Source: an uncultured Erythrobacteraceae bacterium (GTDB lineage: Bacteria > Pseudomonadota > Alphaproteobacteria > Sphingomonadales > Sphingomonadaceae). Taken from it: DNA of 40,786 bases. The stretch is from NCBI GenBank assembly GCA_950071875.1, contig CATMNW010000001.1, positions 1 to 40,786 of the forward strand. Direction: 5' to 3'. Each line of letters starts with the position of its first letter. The first letter of the stretch is position 1. Below are positions 36,544 to 40,786 of the stretch, piece after piece. The position numbers were made by a program, and so were the translations under genes. Under the pieces are notes generated by a model that saw nothing but the letters and a program-made list of their open reading frames with translations, was not told where the DNA came from and made no database searches.

Positions 36544-38226
36544 TCAGTCGCCCAGGACTTCCTGCCGCAGCGCCTTGCGATCGAGCTTGCCGACCAGCGT
36601 GACAGGTAGTTCCTGGCGGATCACCACTTCGTCGACCCGCTCGTGCTTGCCGACGCGGGAATTGAGCCAGTCGCGCAAAGCCTCCGCGCTCGGCGCGCGG
36701 ACATCGGGCTGCAAGGTCGCATAGGCGCGCGGCACTTCGCCATGATAATCGTCGGGCACGCCGATCACCAGCACGTCGCGGATTGCCGGATTTTCCTGCA
36801 GCACGTCTTCCACCTGGCTGGGGAAGACCTTGAACCCGCCGACAGCGATCATGTCCTTGATCCGGTCGACGATCTCCACGAACCCATCCGCATCGATCTG
36901 GGCGACATCGCCCGTGCGCAGCCATTTGCGGCCCTGATGTTCGATAAACACCTCGGCATCGGCATCGGGCAGGTTCCAGTAACCTTGCATGATCTGCGGG
37001 CCATTGATCGCCAACTCGCCCGGCTCACCCTCTGGGGCAAGCTTGGTCGGGTCTTCCTTGTCGAGCAGCAGCAGGCGGGTTTGCGCCAGCACCTGCCCGA
37101 TCGTGCCGTGCTTGCGCATCGCGACGTAGGGATTGGCGGAGACCACGCCCGAACTCTCGGTCAGGCCGTAGCCTTCGACCAGCCGAACGCCCGATACCTT
37201 CTCCCACTTCTCTCGCAACGTGTTGGAGAGCGGCGCGCCGCCCGAGATGCAGATTTTCAGGTTCGAAAAGTCGGTCTGGCCGACCTTCGGATGATCCAGG
37301 AGCGCCTGAAACATCGTCGGCACACCCGGAAAGCCGGTGACGCGCGCACGCTTGAGCGTCGCCAGCACGTCGCCCGCCTCGAAGCGCGGGACCATCGCGA
37401 TGGTCGCACCGCGCACGACGCTGCGGTTGAGCACACAGGTGTTGGCGAAGACATGGAACAGCGGCAGCGCGCCCATGATCACGTCGGGGTCCTTGCGGTC
37501 GAACGGGTCGATCGCGTTGACCTGCTGCGCGTTCGCGGCGAGGTTCGCATGGCTGAGCATTGCGCCCTTGGGGCGCCCGGTGGTGCCGCCGGTATACTGG
37601 AGCAGCGCGATCTCCTCGGGCGCAATGTCGAGTGCGCGCGGTTCGCTGTGCGGCAACAGTTCTTTCCAGTCGACGATCGCCTTGCCGTCGCTCGTCCCGT
37701 ACGCCGGCTTCGCGACTGCGTCGCGGCGGAACAGCCTGAGGCCGAGCGCCTTGAGCGGCGGCAACATGCTGGCAAGCTTGCCGACGACCAGCGTCTGGAG
37801 CGAGGACTGGTCGAGCACGGCAGCAGCCGTGTCGAACAGCTGCTTCGCATCGACCGTCACCAGCAGGCGGGTGCCCGAATCCTCGACCTGGTGCGCCAGT
37901 TCCTCGACCGAATAGAGCGGCGAGAAATTGACGACGGTCGCCCCGGCCATCATCGCCCCATAATAGGCGGACAGGTAAATGGGCACATTGGGCAGGAACA
38001 GCCCGACGCGGTCGCCGCGCCCGATGCCGCGTTCCTGCAGGCCCGCGGCGAAGCGTCGCGCCTCGGCGTGCATCGCCTGGTAGCTCAGCTTGCGGCCGAG
38101 AAATTCGATCAGCGTCCGCTGCGGATGCGCATCGACCGCGCGCCCGAACAGGGCAGGCATGGTGGTCGATTCGATCTCTGTGTCCCACGGACTGGGGTGG
38201 TGATAGGGGAGCTTGCTTACATCCAT
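36544..38226 (-). CDS. Long-chain fatty acid--CoA ligase (FadD/PimA-like)
   Basis: LQYTGGTTGRPKGAML, EGYGLTE, WLRTGD, DRIKDMI, VGKLDRKAL. Confidence 0.93.
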   Translation of the reverse strand: MDVSKLPYHHPSPWDTEIESTTMPALFGRAVDAHPQRTLIEFLGRKLSYQAMHAEARRFAAGLQERGIGRGDRVGLFLPNVPIYLSAYYGAMMAGATVVNFSPLYSVEELAHQVEDSGTRLLVTVDAKQLFDTAAAVLDQSSLQTLVVGKLASMLPPLKALGLRLFRRDAVAKPAYGTSDGKAIVDWKELLPHSEPRALDIAPEEIALLQYTGGTTGRPKGAMLSHANLAANAQQVNAIDPFDRKDPDVIMGALPLFHVFANTCVLNRSVVRGATIAMVPRFEAGDVLATLKRARVTGFPGVPTMFQALLDHPKVGQTDFSNLKICISGGAPLSNTLREKWEKVSGVRLVEGYGLTESSGVVSANPYVAMRKHGTIGQVLAQTRLLLLDKEDPTKLAPEGEPGELAINGPQIMQGYWNLPDADAEVFIEHQGRKWLRTGDVAQIDADGFVEIVDRIKDMIAVGGFKVFPSQVEDVLQENPAIRDVLVIGVPDDYHGEVPRAYATLQPDVRAPSAEALRDWLNSRVGKHERVDEVVIRQELPVTLVGKLDRKALRQEVLGD

Positions 38227-38308
38227 GTAAGCCTGATGCAGGGGTGCGGCCCCGCCCGCAAGTGTTAGCTGGGCGAGGCGTGCAAGATTCCCGTTCTTCG
38301 CGGGGTGC

Positions 38309-39052
38309 TTATTCTTCGTCGGAGGCGGGGCCGGTGTCGACCGGCGCGCCGCTTAGCTGCTCTTCCTCGCTCGCGCGCTTGGCTTCGAGCCATGCAGCGG
38401 CTTCGGCTTCCTGCGCGGCTTCGGCAGCGGCTTTTTCGTTGTCGTCACGTTCGCGCCGCAGTTCCTCGATCAGCTTGGCCTTGTCGCTCGCCTCGACGGC
38501 AGGATCGGCGGCGGCGTTTTCGAGACCGGCCTTCTTGGCCGCGGCCTTGACCACCGCGTCGAGCTCGCGCTGCGAGCACAGGCCCAGCGTCACCGGGTCC
38601 TTCGGCTGGATGTTCTGGATGTTCCAGTGGCTGCGATCGCGCACCGCGCCGATCGTGTTGCGGGTCGTACCGATCAGCTTGGAGATCTGTGCGTCGGTCA
38701 CTTCGGGGTGGTTGCGCAGGATCCACGCAATCCCGTCGGGCTTGTCCTGCCGCTTGGAAACAGGCGTATAGCGCGGGCCCTTGGTGCGGGTGACGTCGGC
38801 TGGAGCCTTCTGCATCTTGAGGCTGTAGGAACTGTCGGCCTGGCCGCGCTCGATTTCTTCCTGCGTCAGCTCGCCGGCATAGACCGGATCGCGCCCGGTA
38901 TACTTGCTGCCCGCCAGATCGTCGGCCATGGCCTGCACTTCGAGGATATGGAGCCCGCAGAACTCGGCGATCTGCTCGAAGCTGAGCCCGGTGTTGTCGA
39001 CCAGCCAGGTGGCGGTCGCGTGGGGCATCAACGGGGTCGGTTGGTCGGCCAT
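38309..39052 (-). CDS. trcR: DUF1013 family protein (TrcR-like cell-cycle transcription factor)
   Basis: PLMPHATATWLVDNT.LSFEQIAEFCGLH.LEV, KGPRYTPVSKRQDKPDGIAW, IGTT...RSHWN...PKDPVTLGLCSQ.ELD. Confidence 0.88.
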   Translation of the reverse strand: MADQPTPLMPHATATWLVDNTGLSFEQIAEFCGLHILEVQAMADDLAGSKYTGRDPVYAGELTQEEIERGQADSSYSLKMQKAPADVTRTKGPRYTPVSKRQDKPDGIAWILRNHPEVTDAQISKLIGTTRNTIGAVRDRSHWNIQNIQPKDPVTLGLCSQRELDAVVKAAAKKAGLENAAADPAVEASDKAKLIEELRRERDDNEKAAAEAAQEAEAAAWLEAKRASEEEQLSGAPVDTGPASDEE

Positions 39053-39098
39053 TGTGGTCATCCTGAAAGTGTGCGCCCCGCATCATGGCGAGGGCCGG

Positions 39099-39170
39099 AA
39101 AAGACAAGGGCCGCCCCTTTCGGAGCGGCCGCTTCCCCTATCACTTAGGTGATGGCGGGCCTGACGGCAA
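39099..39170 (-). promoter_or_regulatory. Putative trcR promoter and 5' leader hairpin
   Basis: Minus strand: TTGCCG-N17-TAAGTG, then GGCCGCTCC-GAAA-GGGGCGGCC followed by CTTGTCTTTT. Confidence 0.45.
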
Positions 39171-39220
39171 GGTGATTGGCACTCTGGCGAGATTCGCCGC
39201 CAGACGATCGGGTCTTGCCG

Positions 39221-40294
39221 TCAGGGGGTTAGGCACTCGCCGTCGAACTCCTCCAGCCCGGCGAGGAACTGCGCGGTCGCCGCTTCCCAGCTGAACGCCT
39301 TGCCGAATTCGGCGCAAGCCTGCGAATCGCGCGAGAGTGCAGCGGCAATCGCCTCGTCCAGATTTTCGCTCATCGCGCCGACCTCGTCGGTCAGGATGTC
39401 GCGTGGGCCGGGCACGGGATACGCAGCCACCGGGGTGCCGCAGGCCAGCGCCTCGATCATCACCAGGCCGAACGTGTCGGTCTTGCTCGGGAAGACGAAG
39501 ACGTCCGCATCGGCATAGCAGCGCGCCAGATCCTCTCCGCCCCGCTTGCCGAGAAACACCGCGTCGGGATAGCGCACTTCCAGATCGCTGCGCGCCGGGC
39601 CATCGCCGACGATCACCTTGGTGCCCGGCTGGCTGGTCTTCAGAAAAGCCTCGAGGTTCTTCTCCACCGCGACGCGCCCTACATAGAGCTGGATCGGTCG
39701 GCGCAAGCCTTCGTAATCGGCGCAAGCGCCTGCATCGGGATGGAAGAGCTCCAGATCGACCCCGCGCCCCCAGTGGTGCAGCCGGGTGAGGCCCTGCGCG
39801 CGCAGTTCCTCACGGATGCTCTCGGTTGCCACCATCACGCGCTGCGCGGGACGATGGAACCAGCGGATATAGGGCCAGAAGGCATCGGGCGGCAGGTAGG
39901 TACGGCGCGATACGTAATCGGGAAACTGGGTGTGATAGGCGGTGGTGAACGGCACCGCCTTGGTCATGCAATACCGCCTTGCCGACAGACCCAGCGGCCC
40001 TTCGGTGGCGATATGTACCGCGTCGGGCTGCAATTTCGCCAGCCGCCGCCCCACGGTGCCGGGCATGGTCAGCGCGAGGCGGATTTCGGGATAGGTGGGG
40101 CACGGCACCGAAGGGTACTGATCGGGCGTGATCACATCGACCTGCAGACCGTTCTTGCGCAGGATATCGCAGGTAGTGGTCAGCGTGCGGACCACTCCGT
40201 TCATCTGCGGATGCCATGCGTCGCTGACGATCGCGATCGATTTTGGAGGGGCCCCGACCAAGTCAGCTAGCCCGCCAGCTTCCTGCAGCAGCAT
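39221..40294 (-). CDS. GT4 glycosyltransferase, Agt-like (glucosyl/glucuronosyl-diacylglycerol synthase)
   Basis: Start at the TGATG overlap at 40294. DAWHPQMNGVVRTL, HIATEGPLG, YHTQFP, YVGRVAVEKN, FPSKTDTFGLVMIEALACG. Directly downstream of the plcP-like gene. Confidence 0.8.
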   Translation of the reverse strand: MLLQEAGGLADLVGAPPKSIAIVSDAWHPQMNGVVRTLTTTCDILRKNGLQVDVITPDQYPSVPCPTYPEIRLALTMPGTVGRRLAKLQPDAVHIATEGPLGLSARRYCMTKAVPFTTAYHTQFPDYVSRRTYLPPDAFWPYIRWFHRPAQRVMVATESIREELRAQGLTRLHHWGRGVDLELFHPDAGACADYEGLRRPIQLYVGRVAVEKNLEAFLKTSQPGTKVIVGDGPARSDLEVRYPDAVFLGKRGGEDLARCYADADVFVFPSKTDTFGLVMIEALACGTPVAAYPVPGPRDILTDEVGAMSENLDEAIAAALSRDSQACAEFGKAFSWEAATAQFLAGLEEFDGECLTP

Positions 40295-40786
40295 CAGGCG
40301 ACCGCGCGCGCGCTGCTTTCGTCGTCGGCCTGTTGCTGCGGAACGTCGGGGGAAGTGCGCCGTGCGATCTCGTCCGGCCAGTGGAGGATTTCCATCCGCC
40401 CGTCGAAATGCTCGACCAGCGCGTTGCAGCCTTCCACCCAGTCGCCGTCGTTCCAGTATTCGACCTGGCGGCCCTGATGGGTGAACATGCGGTGCTCGGC
40501 GGTATGGATATGGCCGCACACGACTCCGTCCACGCCGCGCTCTCCGGCAGCGCGGGCCACGACTTCCTCATATTTCGAGATGAACTCGACCGCATTCTTC
40601 ACCTTGTTCTTGGCCGCCTTCGACAGCGACCAGTAGGGCATTCCCAAAGCCTTTCGAGCGGAATTGACCCACCCGTTCAAGGCCATCGTCAGGTGATAGG
40701 CGGTGTCGCCGACGAAGGCGAGCCACCTGTGGGTAAGCATGATCGTATCGAATTCGTCGCCATGCAGCACCATCAGCCGGCGGCCG
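40294..40786 (-). CDS. plcP: PlcP-type metallophosphoesterase (often annotated as UDP-2,3-diacylglucosamine diphosphatase), 5' part outside the window
   Basis: HGDEFD, GDTAY, PYWSLS...KVKNAV.FI, DGVVCGHIH, NDGDWVE.C.ALVEH.DG. Confidence 0.8.
   Translation of the reverse strand, partial: GRRLMVLHGDEFDTIMLTHRWLAFVGDTAYHLTMALNGWVNSARKALGMPYWSLSKAAKNKVKNAVEFISKYEEVVARAAGERGVDGVVCGHIHTAEHRMFTHQGRQVEYWNDGDWVEGCNALVEHFDGRMEILHWPDEIARRTSPDVPQQQADDESSARAVA

Noticed and set aside
1-40786. CRISPR arrays, tRNA/rRNA genes, IS elements
   Set aside because: No regularly spaced repeats, RNA-gene signatures or transposase motifs were seen by eye. The few intergenic gaps are short.

Overview
High-GC alphaproteobacterial DNA. 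Gene content and order suggest Sphingomonadales, probably Erythrobacteraceae (inference). Bases ~2.5-28.5 kb hold a Wzx/Wzy-type capsule/EPS locus: an O-antigen-ligase-like protein, wza, wzc, wzx, an EpsG-type polymerase, 7-8 glycosyltransferases, a 3-amino-3,6-dideoxyhexose (FdtA/FdtB-like) pathway with a GNAT, two sulfotransferases in an AT-richer block, an acyltransferase-3, an AsnB-type amidotransferase and a divergent PseB-like dehydratase. Between the divergent wecB and the first glycosyltransferase sits a coupled two-gene module resembling the gene transfer agent (GTA) head-spike pair: an Rcc01079/GhsA-like base plus a putative lectin-like fibre. This suggests a co-inherited receptor/receptor-binding 'lock-and-key' locus. 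At the left edge, wecB switches in frame into a tRNA-guanine transglycosylase (tgt) fragment at a shared 21-nt ILTDSGG-coding stretch, most likely an assembly chimera. Bases 28.5-40.8 kb are core genes: coq7, dsbB, ctpA, envC-like, rlmH, rsfS, nadD, lmdC-like M23 plus bactofilin, an acyl-CoA ligase, DUF1013/TrcR and the plcP-agt lipid-remodelling pair. Family calls come from motif recognition by eye; no database searches were run.
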